A DNA stretch of 64,000 bases from an uncultured bacterium. GTDB lineage: Bacteria; Krumholzibacteriota; Krumholzibacteriia; Krumholzibacteriales; Krumholzibacteriaceae. A model generated the notes under the pieces. The model was not told the origin of the DNA and did not search any database. It saw only the letters and a program-made list of their open reading frames with translations. Shown one piece after another: positions 38,133 through 47,017 of the stretch. Numbering within the stretch: position 1 is the stretch's first letter; every line of letters begins with the position of its first letter. Both the position numbers and the translations under genes were made by a program. Location: assembly GCA_963786935.1 (NCBI GenBank), contig CAWBAN010000005.1:64001-128000 (forward strand), written 5' to 3'.

Positions 38133-41100
38133 ATGAGAACGTGTCTGCGTTGCCTCTCTCTCCTGCTTGTCCTTCACGCGGCCGGGGCCGCGGCGGAGCT
38201 TTTCCTCCGCGCAGCTTCGGCCGCGGCCGAGACGGTGCCACTGCATATTCCCGCCGGTCCGCGTCCGGTCGACGGCTGGCCGGTCATCCTCGGAAATACG
38301 ATGCGGCATGCCCCGGCGGTCGCCGACGTCGACGGCGACGGCGAGGACGAAATCGCGGTCGGTATCCGGGACGGCCGGGTTTTTCTCCTCGATGGAAACG
38401 GGGATGTTCTCCCCGGCTGGCCGCGCAGGACCGGTTCGTGGGTGATCAGGACCCCTCTGCTGTCTGACGTCAACGGCGACGGCCGATTCGAGGTCGTGGC
38501 GGCGACGTACGACGGATTCATCTACCAGTGGCATATCGACGGGAGCGCCGTTTCCGGATGGCCGGTCGACCTGGCGGGCGTTCCGGCGTCGTCCCCTCAG
38601 CTCGTCCGCGTCGGGGCCGGCGCGGAGCGCCGCATTCTCATATCGATCGCGCCAGACAGAATCCATCTCCTCGCGGCCAACGGCGGCAGTCATCCGGGGT
38701 GGCCGAAGACGATCGCCAACACGACGCGCGTTTCGTTCGCCGATGCGCGTCCGACGGCGGGCGTCGATCTGGACGGGGACGGATCCGTCGAGATTCTGCA
38801 CCTTTCGTCCGACAAGACGGTTCTGTACGCATGGAGATCGGATGGGAGCGACTATCCCGGATATCCCCGTCCGATCGGGGATGATACCGGCCTTGGATTC
38901 GCCCTCGATGACGCGGCGGCGCCGCGCCTGATCGCCTGCACGACTCTTTCAGGGTTGTTCGTGCTCGACACGGGGGGAAGGCTGCTGTGGCGGACGAATC
39001 CGCTGGAACCCGGCGATTGGTTCCTGACGTGTCCGTATTTCATATCGTCCGGCGATTCCTCGGATCCGGGGATGGATCGAATCCTGGCCGGCACGCATCT
39101 GGGCACCGTCTATCTCTGGGACAGAGAGGGGCGGCTGCAGCCGGGATGGCCCGTCCGGCTCGGCGGTTTCATCTACGGCGTGCCCGAAACGGCAAAATTC
39201 CACGCGGTGCACGGCCCGCCGCTCACGGCCGATGTGGATGGAGACGGCGTGCCCGAAATCATCGTCGGCAGCTATAACCATCACCTGTACTGTTTCGAGT
39301 TCGACGGGAGCCTCGTGCCCGGCTGGCCGGAGACGGTGGAAGACGCCATCATGGGCACGATGGCCCTCGCGCAGCTCGATGGAGCCGGCGGCAAGGAGCT
39401 CATCGTCGGGCAGATCGGCGAGACGATGTTCGCGTTCCATTTGGGGCCTCCGCCCCGAATCCGGATCGACATCGCTCCGCCGGGACGCCTGCTTCGCTCT
39501 TCCACGGAGTGGTCGCCGAAGTACTTTGCCGCCGTCGCGGCGCTCGCGCTGATGGTGCTGCTGCTCGTGCAGCATCTTCGGATCGAGCACGAACGCGCCG
39601 CCGCGTGGGCGGCCGACCGTTGGACGCGGCGGGCGTTTTTCGTCGTCCTCGCCATTCTTGCCGCGTGCCTCGTCTTTTACATCAACGATTTCCGGCGGTA
39701 CGAAGAAACGAGGAACCGTCTGGCCTCCGCCGAGGCCGTCACGCGACGGGCCCTCGCCAGCGAGCGCCGGGATGTGCGGCGATTGGTCGACGATCTGGCT
39801 GTCCGGCTCGATTCGTCGATCGTGGGCGAAGCGAGGACGCCGCTCGTGTTGCTCCCCCATCTCGAGCGGCTCACGGATCGTTACCGTTTCGACTACCGGT
39901 TCAAGGGGCTGCTCGTGACCGATGCCGCGGGCGGCCCCATCATCGGCGTTGGGCTCGCCCGCGGATGGACCGATCTCGCCGATCTCGGTATCGGCGCCGG
40001 CGGCGCCGCCGAACCGATCCTGCTCGAGGAAACGCCCGTCTTCGTCGAGGAGAGCGTGAGGGGGATCGGCGCCGGGCCGGACTCTCTTCGACTGTTTCTC
40101 TTCTCCAGTCTCCTCGGCACCCTCCCCGACGCCGTCGCCGACTCCACGGGTTTCTCCGCGTATCTCCGTCTCGAGGATAGAACGCTGGCCTGGGGGGGCG
40201 CGGCGCTGCTCTCGACTCCGGGTGTGCGCCCGCAGCTCGATAGAACGCAGCCGGCGAGAGACATTGCGATTCTGAGCACCCCCGGAAAACCCCGGCTGTC
40301 GATTCGTCTGGCGCTGGAGAGCTTCGATCGATCGTTATCCGTCTGGCTGGATGTCATCGTGATCCTTCTTTTGCCCGCGCTCTATCTGTTCCTGAGCGGC
40401 AGGGGGAACGTGTTCGCGCGCGTGCGGCTCGCCTGGTGGTGGATTCCGCTCTTCGCGGCCGCCTACCTCGCGGCGATCGTCACGTTCCGGACCGGGGCGG
40501 CGGAAGCGAGGCACGTGTCCCTCGCCGGCCGCTCGCTGGAGGTGCTCCTGTACGCGGCGGGCGTGCTCGGATTCGTCGTGGCCGCGCGCAATATCGTCTT
40601 TTCCGGCACGAGCAAACGCGTCGACGTCGCGCTGCTCGGATCCTACCTCCTCGTCAGCCTGGTCCCGATCGCGGTGATCATCACCGTGTTGACTGGCTTC
40701 ATGAGGGATAGCCAATACCGCCACGTTCAGGGCGCGATCGCCGATCTGGTCGATCGGGCCGACAATCTGGCCATCTCGTACATCGGCAGGTACGATTTCC
40801 CGCGATTGCTCGACGAGGCGGGCGAGCGGTATCTGAACCAGCCGCCGGAGACCGGCTGGTTCAACTTCGTGGCCGAGGATCATTTTCTGTTCACCTACGA
40901 TCTGCCCACGGCATTCCTGACGCTGTGGGCGCATGACCGGAACGATCCCAACCGGTACTTCACCGGATACAGCTATCGCGCGCCGCGCAAGGACAAGCTC
41001 TATGCGCGAACGCCGGCATGGATGGGGGACGAGAATCAGAAAGGCCTGTTCCTCGATAACGGCACGCCCGTCATACGCGCGCTTCGGACCTTGCGCACGC

Positions 41101-42359
41101 GCAATATCGAGGCCCGGATCGGCTGCCATATCCCCCTCGACAAGGAAACGATCGCGATCATCGAGAAACAAATGCACATGGCGCCGTTCCTTCCGTACGT
41201 GCGATTGGAGCCCAGCTGGCCCGAATCGGCCCGCGATCGCATCCCCCCCCGGGCGAATTGGTATTTTCTTCCCTTCAGCTCCGACGTCATCGTGCACGCG
41301 CGGGACTGGAATACGGGAGCGCCGCGCTGGATCGCGTACCGAGTGCACATCTATGTGCCGTCGGGACAGGGAAAATGGATATACATCGTCCCCGTCCTTC
41401 TGCTTCTGCTCCTCCCGCTCGGCCTGTCCGTCTGGGGAGCGTACTCCATTTATCAGCGGACGGTCAGGCCCCTGACACGGCTGCTCGACGGGATCCGGCG
41501 GGTGGAGCAAGGAGACATGACATACCGGCTGATGGACACGGGGCAGTCGGAGATCGCGCTCGCCGCTCAAGCGTTCGACAAGATGGCCGAGAGCCTGGAA
41601 CGGAAGATCGCCGAGCTCGCCGCGAAGAAGAATATCGAAGAGGTCAGCGAGCTGAAGAGCCACTTCATCTCCATGGTCAGTCACGATCTCAAGACCCCGC
41701 TCGCCTCGATCAAGGGAGCCGCGGAGAACGTCCTCGAGGAGCTTGCCGGCCCCGTCTCCGAGCGCCAGCGCACGTATCTCGAGATGATCCTGAAGAGCAG
41801 CGACAACCTTCAGCAGATGATTTCAAATCTTCTCGATCTCTCCCGCATCGAGAGCGGTCATCTGAGCCTCAATATCGAAACCCTGGACATCAAACACGAG
41901 GTGGAGCATATCCTGCGCTTCATCCAGCCGCTCCTCGAGGAGAAGAGCCTGGAGGCGCGGATCGCCGTCGGGGCGAAGTCAACGGCGGTTGCGGTGGATA
42001 GAACGAGGTTGTGGCAGATCATAAACAACATCATGTCGAACGCGATCCGCTATTCGCCACGGGGCGGGCGGATCGACATTTCCATAAACGATTCCCCCGA
42101 CCGGGACACCGGCGGGAATCCCATGATCGAGGTGGCGATCGCCGATCAGGGACCGGGCATCGCCGAAGAGGAGCGGCAGAGGCTGTTCGAGCCTTTCTAT
42201 ACGCGGCCATCGGAGGGGGTGGCCGCGCACGGGGCCGGTCTCGGGCTCGCCATCGTCAAGCAGCTCGTCGAGCTTCATGGCGGCACTGTTTCGCTGACGG
42301 GCGGGAGCCAAGGGGGCGCACGGTTCACGCTGACGCTTCCCGCGAAGAAAAGCGGCTAG
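38133..42359 (+). CDS. Sensor histidine kinase with N-terminal FG-GAP/VCBS repeats, several TMs, HAMP, HisKA and HATPase
   Basis: ADVDGDG and GWP repeats; VSHDLKTPL, NAIRY, DQGPG, GLGL boxes. Confidence 0.92.
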   Translation: MRTCLRCLSLLLVLHAAGAAAELFLRAASAAAETVPLHIPAGPRPVDGWPVILGNTMRHAPAVADVDGDGEDEIAVGIRDGRVFLLDGNGDVLPGWPRRTGSWVIRTPLLSDVNGDGRFEVVAATYDGFIYQWHIDGSAVSGWPVDLAGVPASSPQLVRVGAGAERRILISIAPDRIHLLAANGGSHPGWPKTIANTTRVSFADARPTAGVDLDGDGSVEILHLSSDKTVLYAWRSDGSDYPGYPRPIGDDTGLGFALDDAAAPRLIACTTLSGLFVLDTGGRLLWRTNPLEPGDWFLTCPYFISSGDSSDPGMDRILAGTHLGTVYLWDREGRLQPGWPVRLGGFIYGVPETAKFHAVHGPPLTADVDGDGVPEIIVGSYNHHLYCFEFDGSLVPGWPETVEDAIMGTMALAQLDGAGGKELIVGQIGETMFAFHLGPPPRIRIDIAPPGRLLRSSTEWSPKYFAAVAALALMVLLLVQHLRIEHERAAAWAADRWTRRAFFVVLAILAACLVFYINDFRRYEETRNRLASAEAVTRRALASERRDVRRLVDDLAVRLDSSIVGEARTPLVLLPHLERLTDRYRFDYRFKGLLVTDAAGGPIIGVGLARGWTDLADLGIGAGGAAEPILLEETPVFVEESVRGIGAGPDSLRLFLFSSLLGTLPDAVADSTGFSAYLRLEDRTLAWGGAALLSTPGVRPQLDRTQPARDIAILSTPGKPRLSIRLALESFDRSLSVWLDVIVILLLPALYLFLSGRGNVFARVRLAWWWIPLFAAAYLAAIVTFRTGAAEARHVSLAGRSLEVLLYAAGVLGFVVAARNIVFSGTSKRVDVALLGSYLLVSLVPIAVIITVLTGFMRDSQYRHVQGAIADLVDRADNLAISYIGRYDFPRLLDEAGERYLNQPPETGWFNFVAEDHFLFTYDLPTAFLTLWAHDRNDPNRYFTGYSYRAPRKDKLYARTPAWMGDENQKGLFLDNGTPVIRALRTLRTRNIEARIGCHIPLDKETIAIIEKQMHMAPFLPYVRLEPSWPESARDRIPPRANWYFLPFSSDVIVHARDWNTGAPRWIAYRVHIYVPSGQGKWIYIVPVLLLLLLPLGLSVWGAYSIYQRTVRPLTRLLDGIRRVEQGDMTYRLMDTGQSEIALAAQAFDKMAESLERKIAELAAKKNIEEVSELKSHFISMVSHDLKTPLASIKGAAENVLEELAGPVSERQRTYLEMILKSSDNLQQMISNLLDLSRIESGHLSLNIETLDIKHEVEHILRFIQPLLEEKSLEARIAVGAKSTAVAVDRTRLWQIINNIMSNAIRYSPRGGRIDISINDSPDRDTGGNPMIEVAIADQGPGIAEEERQRLFEPFYTRPSEGVAAHGAGLGLAIVKQLVELHGGTVSLTGGSQGGARFTLTLPAKKSG

Positions 42360-42373
42360 ACCGGCTTCGATGG

Positions 42374-42512
42374 TGCGCAGAAATTGCGCTCTTGCCGCTC
42401 GAAAGCGCTCAGAAAACGGTTTGTCGAGGACGGCATTTTGTTCGCAATTTATTGATTCATAACGTCATAGCGCTGTGTGGCTCTGTCGCTGAGGGATGGC
42501 CTCTTCCTTGCA
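42374..42512 (+). promoter_or_regulatory. Sigma-54 promoter of the response regulator, with enhancer and IHF site
   Basis: GCGCA-N5-TGCGC (42375-42389); exact IHF consensus AATCAATAAATTG on the minus strand (42445-42457); TGGC-N7-TTGCA (42497-42512). Confidence 0.8.
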
Positions 42513-42551
42513 AGTCATATGCGAAAAGTAAAACGCGAAAGAAAGACGAAT

Positions 42552-43943
42552 TTGACGATAATACCGCAGAAAAACGCCCGGGAAGGCGTCGCTCACGTGT
42601 TGGTCGTCGATGACGACAGCAACCTGCTGATGATCGTATCCGACCGTTTGGCGAACGCCGGATACAGGGTCAGCCAGGCTTCGAGCCTTCGCGATGCGCT
42701 CGGGCTGCTGGAAAAAGAGGATGTCCACCTCGTTCTGCTGGACATCTATCTCCCCGATCAGAACGGGCTCGAGGGGCTCAAAGAGATCAAGGCCCGCAGC
42801 GCTTCCCTCCCCGTGATCATCATGACGGCGCACGGAACGATCGACGTGGCGGTCGAAGCGATGAAGCAGGGCGCGTACGAATTCGTCACGAAACCCCTCG
42901 ATCTCAAGCGGCTCGGCGTCCTCGTCGAGCGGGCCATCGAAAGCAGGGAGCTCCGCACCGAGATCGATTATCTCAGGCGCGCCACGGATGAGCCGTTCAT
43001 CGAGATCATCGGCAAACGGACCGGTCTCCGTGTCGCCATGGATCTCGCGGAGCGCGTCGCCGGCTCGGATACGACCGTTCTGCTGCGCGGAGAGACCGGA
43101 ACCGGCAAAGAGGTGCTCGCCCGGGCCATCCATCGCCTCTCGCCGCGGAAGCACCGGCCGTTCGTCGTGGCCAACTGCGCGGCGATTCCGCGCGAGCTCA
43201 TGGAGAGCGAGATGTTCGGACACACGAAGGGCGCCTTCTCCGGGGCGGTGGCGGAGCACGCGGGATTCTTCGAGACCGCCGGGAACGGCACCCTGCTGCT
43301 CGATGAAATCGGGGATCTGAACATGGATCTTCAGGCCAAGATTCTCCGCGCGCTCGAGGACGGCTCGTACCGGAAGGTGGGCTCCACGACGACTCTCTAT
43401 AACCGGGCGCGGATCATCGCCTCGACGCATCAGCCGCTCGAGAAGATGATGGAGGAAGGCCGGTTCAGGGAGGATCTTTTTTACCGTCTCAACGTGATGC
43501 CGATCAATCTGCCGCCGCTCCGAGAGCGGACGGAGGATATTCCGGAGTTCGCGATGCATTTCCTGCGGATCTACGCGCAGGGGAACGGCGCGCATGAAAC
43601 CGCCCTGACCGAAGACGCCGTCGCCGTTCTCAAGAACCATCCCTGGAGGGGAAATCTGCGGGAGCTCAGGAACTGCATGGAGCGTCTCGCCATCATGGCG
43701 CCGGGCCGCATCATCCAGGCCGATGATGTGCGGTTGCTGCTTCACCACCGCGTATCGGAAGACAGGGAGCGTCCCGTTCGGCGACTGGAGGACATGGAAC
43801 GGCAGGCGATCATAGACGCGCTCGAGCGGTTCGAGGGCAATCGGACGAAGACGGCGGAGGCTCTCGGTATAGGCCGTCGCACGCTGCAGAACAAGCTCAA
43901 GCAATTCCGGATTCCGGATAGCGAAGGCTCGCAGGAATCCTGA
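42552..43943 (+). CDS. NtrC-family sigma-54-dependent response regulator (REC-AAA+-Fis HTH)
   Basis: LVVDDD, GETGTGKE, ESEMFGH..GAFSGA, FREDLFYRL, WRGNLREL, HTH. Start uncertain (TTG 42552 or ATG 42519). Confidence 0.95.
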   Translation: MTIIPQKNAREGVAHVLVVDDDSNLLMIVSDRLANAGYRVSQASSLRDALGLLEKEDVHLVLLDIYLPDQNGLEGLKEIKARSASLPVIIMTAHGTIDVAVEAMKQGAYEFVTKPLDLKRLGVLVERAIESRELRTEIDYLRRATDEPFIEIIGKRTGLRVAMDLAERVAGSDTTVLLRGETGTGKEVLARAIHRLSPRKHRPFVVANCAAIPRELMESEMFGHTKGAFSGAVAEHAGFFETAGNGTLLLDEIGDLNMDLQAKILRALEDGSYRKVGSTTTLYNRARIIASTHQPLEKMMEEGRFREDLFYRLNVMPINLPPLRERTEDIPEFAMHFLRIYAQGNGAHETALTEDAVAVLKNHPWRGNLRELRNCMERLAIMAPGRIIQADDVRLLLHHRVSEDRERPVRRLEDMERQAIIDALERFEGNRTKTAEALGIGRRTLQNKLKQFRIPDSEGSQES

Positions 43944-43991
43944 CCGGCCTGCTTTGAATCACGAAAACTCGAACCGCCCCACAGGCACCAA

Positions 43992-44130
43992 CCGCGCATA
44001 TTCTGCGCGGTAGTGCGCCGAATCTGCGCATCTATCGGAACTATTCCGATTTACTATTTGTAATTAACTTACTTGTTTTGAATGTGTTAGAAAATTGGAT
44101 GGATGATTTTACCTATGGAATGCATTATGC
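43992..44130 (+). promoter_or_regulatory. Second sigma-54 promoter with tandem enhancer sites
   Basis: CCGCGCA-N5-TGCGCGG (43992-44010) and TGCGCC-N5-TGCGCA (44014-44030), AT-rich spacer, TGGAATGCATTATGC (44116-44130) with exact -24/-12 spacing. Confidence 0.72.
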
Positions 44131-44141
44131 GATGCTTCAAC

Positions 44142-44285
44142 TGATAAGAATGTTTGGCCGGGATTCTCACGTTGCTGCTGGATGCCGTTGCACCGGAGGG
44201 GACTACGGGGCAACCGCCACGAGAGGCCACCTGAGAAGCCGGATCGGGGAAAACGGATCCGGCTCGAAGGTGGCCTCTCTATTTG
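44142..44285 (+). ncRNA. Candidate sigma-54-dependent small RNA
   Basis: Lies downstream of the -24/-12 site with no RBS-led ORF. GTTGC...GCAAC hairpin, then a long hairpin (GAGAGGCCACCT/AGGTGGCCTCTC with inner AGCCGGATC/GATCCGGCT) and a T-rich tail. Confidence 0.55.
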
Positions 44286-44304
44286 ATATCCGCGGACGGA
44301 ATTT

Positions 44305-45321
44305 CTAGTTCTTTTTCCCGCCCACGATCCGAATTGAATTGTGCGCCTCGAAGTCGTAGCCGTCGAGGGTTGTGCCCCGGAGGGTGACCGACGTGTCGCT
44401 GCAGGCGATGGCCGCTTCTCCGCCCCTGAAGTGGAGCATGAGATCGAGGTCGCCGTCGTAATCGACGTCCTCGATGTGCCGCTTCATATGCGCCTCCGCG
44501 GCGAGACCCGGGCCGAAGCGGACCGTCGTGTAGTCGACGTCCATAGCGTCGAAATCCGCGGTCGTGAGAATCGCGACCGGAATGACACCGTTTTCCACCG
44601 TGCAGTTGATCGGATTCTCGTCGCTCCCCGGCTTCACGTCGATCGTGACGTTCGGGAGCTCGACGAATCCGATTTCGGCGTTGAACTCGAGGTACATGCA
44701 GTCGGCCGTGTCGGCGCGCCCGGCGGCGGGCCCGTAGGCGCCCGTTCCCGTGTTCACGAGGTCGAACGCGAGGACGTTGACGCCGGGGACGAAGAGGCTG
44801 TCGCCCGAGATGGTGAGGTGACGCACGACGACGGGAACGGCCGGGTCGCCGTCGTTCAGGTCGACCTGCGCGATGGCGACGCCGTTGACGGAGATCTCCG
44901 CCCCGTCATCGGCGATGATGTCGAGCTCGATGACGACATCAGCGAACAGCTCCGGCAGCACGAACGTCGTCTCGAAGCGGCCGAGCGAGTCGGTTTCGCA
45001 GGGCGTCGTCAGCGGCACCGTCGCGGAGAGCGTATCGCCGACGAGGTCGCATCCGCATATCGAATCGGCGCCGCCGCCGCCGATGGGCGCCGGGCCCGGG
45101 ACCGGGCTGCACGGCGAGGTCACGAGCACGAGAGAATCGTACCCGCCGCACGCCCCGTCTCCACCGATCACATAAACGGTATCCGGACCGTATGACGCCT
45201 GGGCGCGCACGTTATCCGAAAGGTTCCCGCCTTCCGGCGACGTCGCCTTGTCGCAGCTTCCGAGGCCCGCGATGCCGATCAGCATGAGGGCCGCGGTCAG
45301 CAAATGCATTGTTGCTCTCAT
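44305..45321 (-). CDS. Acidic lipoprotein with a galactose-binding-like beta domain and a C-terminal IDVKPG...DxDGD domain
   Basis: GAGGAGG RBS, lipobox-like LGSC, IADDGAEISVNG, IDVKPGSDENPIN, DVDYDGDLD. Confidence 0.7.
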   Translation of the reverse strand: MRATMHLLTAALMLIGIAGLGSCDKATSPEGGNLSDNVRAQASYGPDTVYVIGGDGACGGYDSLVLVTSPCSPVPGPAPIGGGGADSICGCDLVGDTLSATVPLTTPCETDSLGRFETTFVLPELFADVVIELDIIADDGAEISVNGVAIAQVDLNDGDPAVPVVVRHLTISGDSLFVPGVNVLAFDLVNTGTGAYGPAAGRADTADCMYLEFNAEIGFVELPNVTIDVKPGSDENPINCTVENGVIPVAILTTADFDAMDVDYTTVRFGPGLAAEAHMKRHIEDVDYDGDLDLMLHFRGGEAAIACSDTSVTLRGTTLDGYDFEAHNSIRIVGGKKN

Positions 45322-45392
45322 CCTTACCCTCCTCGTCAATGTCCTGAAGATCACGTTACGAATTGAGTTCATAGGAGCCTGTTTAGGCTGTA

Positions 45393-45421
45393 ATGATAAC
45401 AGAATAATAATGAATTGTCAA
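45393..45421 (-). promoter_or_regulatory. Sigma-70 promoter for the lipoprotein
   Basis: TTGACA-N17-TATCAT with extended TG. Confidence 0.7.
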
Positions 45422-45472
45422 TTTTGGCATGGTCCGGCTGCCGCCTTGGAAGCGGCGAATCGCCGGGAGAAT

Positions 45473-46606
45473 CTACGCACGCGGAAAGCGCTTTCGGTGT
45501 TTCAACGAGACGCGGTTAAAGGCGCAGCAGAAGCTCGAGACCCTGTCGGGATTGTCGTTCCCGGGAACGAAGCAGATGCTCGCAGGACAGACGAAGCAGC
45601 GTGCGGCGTATCTGCAGTCCCCGCACCTGCCGTAGGCGGAGTGTTTGTGGCTCTTGCGATGGAATATCCCCGCCTGCCGCACCGCAGCGGCGAAGGTGAA
45701 GGGGCGGTGGGGGAGGTCGGGGTCGAGGATATTGCCGAGCCGCATTCCCTCGAGGCGGCATCGCAGAACCGGGGATTCGATTCTCAGGTATGATCCGGCG
45801 AACATAGTGCAGCCGTAGATCTCGCCGTCCACGTCGACGGCGATGCGCTGCAGGCGGCCGATCCCGCAGAGGGGGCGCGCTCTGCGCGTCGGCGCGGAGG
45901 CCTTCTGTCCGCCGCGGAAGATGCCGACGGGGATTTCTCCCGTCCTTCGATAGTGCGAGAGGCTCCTTTCGAGGATCCGCGCGAACTGCGCATCGAGCTC
46001 GGCGATGCGGTCGAGCTCCCAATCGGCGTCCGAGGAGATGCTGGGCGCGACTGCGACGTTTCGCGCCCCCTTCCGCAGGAAGTAGGAAACCGAGTCGGCG
46101 AGGTGCGGAAGATTCTGCGGGGTCACCGTGAGAGCGATCGTCACGTTCTCCTCGTAGAAGCCGGCGTGTTTCTTCCGCAGCCGGTCAAGAAGACGATCGA
46201 GGGCGGGGAAGGTGCCCCGCCCTCGAAGATCCTGCGCAGTCGCCACACCGTCGAAGCTCAGCTGGATTCCGAAATCGTGCGCCTCGAGAAAACGGGCGAC
46301 CTTCTCGGTGAGCAGCGTGCCGTTCGTGCTCAGGTAGTATGCGACGCTCTTCCGCGGGGAGCGCGTCTTCTCGACATATTCGACCGCGCGGCGCACGAGC
46401 GGGAATTCGAGGAGCGGCTCCCCGCCGCAGAAGGCGATGCCGAGATCGCGGCGGCCGTTCTCGAGAACGAGATCAAGCGCGGATCGAACGACGCTCCATG
46501 TGGAGCTTCGCCATCGTTTCGGACGCTGGTAGCAGTAGCCGCAGCGCATGTTGCACCGCGACGTGAGAATCAGCGAAAGCGCTTCGAGCCGCTCGAGGCC
46601 GGACAT
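45473..46606 (-). CDS. Radical SAM protein with SPASM domain (anSME/peptide-maturase-like)
   Basis: CNMRCGYC, GGEPLL, STNG, SFDG; SPASM C-x13-G-x4-C...CxxC-x5-C-x2-C...CC; AGGAG RBS before ATG 46606. Confidence 0.9.
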   Translation of the reverse strand: MSGLERLEALSLILTSRCNMRCGYCYQRPKRWRSSTWSVVRSALDLVLENGRRDLGIAFCGGEPLLEFPLVRRAVEYVEKTRSPRKSVAYYLSTNGTLLTEKVARFLEAHDFGIQLSFDGVATAQDLRGRGTFPALDRLLDRLRKKHAGFYEENVTIALTVTPQNLPHLADSVSYFLRKGARNVAVAPSISSDADWELDRIAELDAQFARILERSLSHYRRTGEIPVGIFRGGQKASAPTRRARPLCGIGRLQRIAVDVDGEIYGCTMFAGSYLRIESPVLRCRLEGMRLGNILDPDLPHRPFTFAAAVRQAGIFHRKSHKHSAYGRCGDCRYAARCFVCPASICFVPGNDNPDRVSSFCCAFNRVSLKHRKRFPRA

Positions 46607-46678
46607 GTTCTCCTGCTCAGGCCGACGCACGCGCCACGGGGCGCGGCACGCGGGCCGCTATCCGACGCGATATCCGAT

Positions 46679-46993
46679 CTAGCGGTTAGGCCGCGGCCCC
46701 GGCGGGCACATCTTGTCGAACACTCTGACTGCCTTCTTCATCTGCACTTCGGTCGCGGCAATGCCCTTGTCGAATTGCTGTTTGGTTGTCTGCTTGGGCC
46801 CCCTTTTCATCCCCGGGATCGGACCGCAATCTTGGGGGAATGGTGGTGGGAATCCGGGTTCCACCTTCCCGATCTTTCCGACACCCTTGAAGAACTTCCT
46901 GAAGCGGTGGGCCGCAAGGATCATTTTCGTAAGCTCCTGCCTCGCATTTCGAATCGCCGCACGGCGCTTCCTTTCTGCCAGTGTCATCGGCAT
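46679..46993 (-). CDS. 104-aa basic orphan protein, candidate rSAM substrate
   Basis: AAGGAGGT RBS; lies between the kinase and rSAM genes; two Cys, in CGPIP and CPPGP. Confidence 0.75.
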   Translation of the reverse strand: MPMTLAERKRRAAIRNARQELTKMILAAHRFRKFFKGVGKIGKVEPGFPPPFPQDCGPIPGMKRGPKQTTKQQFDKGIAATEVQMKKAVRVFDKMCPPGPRPNR

Positions 46994-47017
46994 GCTTCTA
47001 CCTCCTTGCCGACAGGG

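Noticed and set aside
37857..38801. N-terminal extension of track ORF 37020..38801
   Set aside because: Overlaps the kinase antisense; RBS and signal peptide place the start at 37856.
44078..44308. 76-aa ORF over the candidate sRNA
   Set aside because: Starts upstream of the -24/-12 site, the internal ATG (44150) lacks an RBS, and it runs through the long hairpin. A peptide is not strictly excluded.
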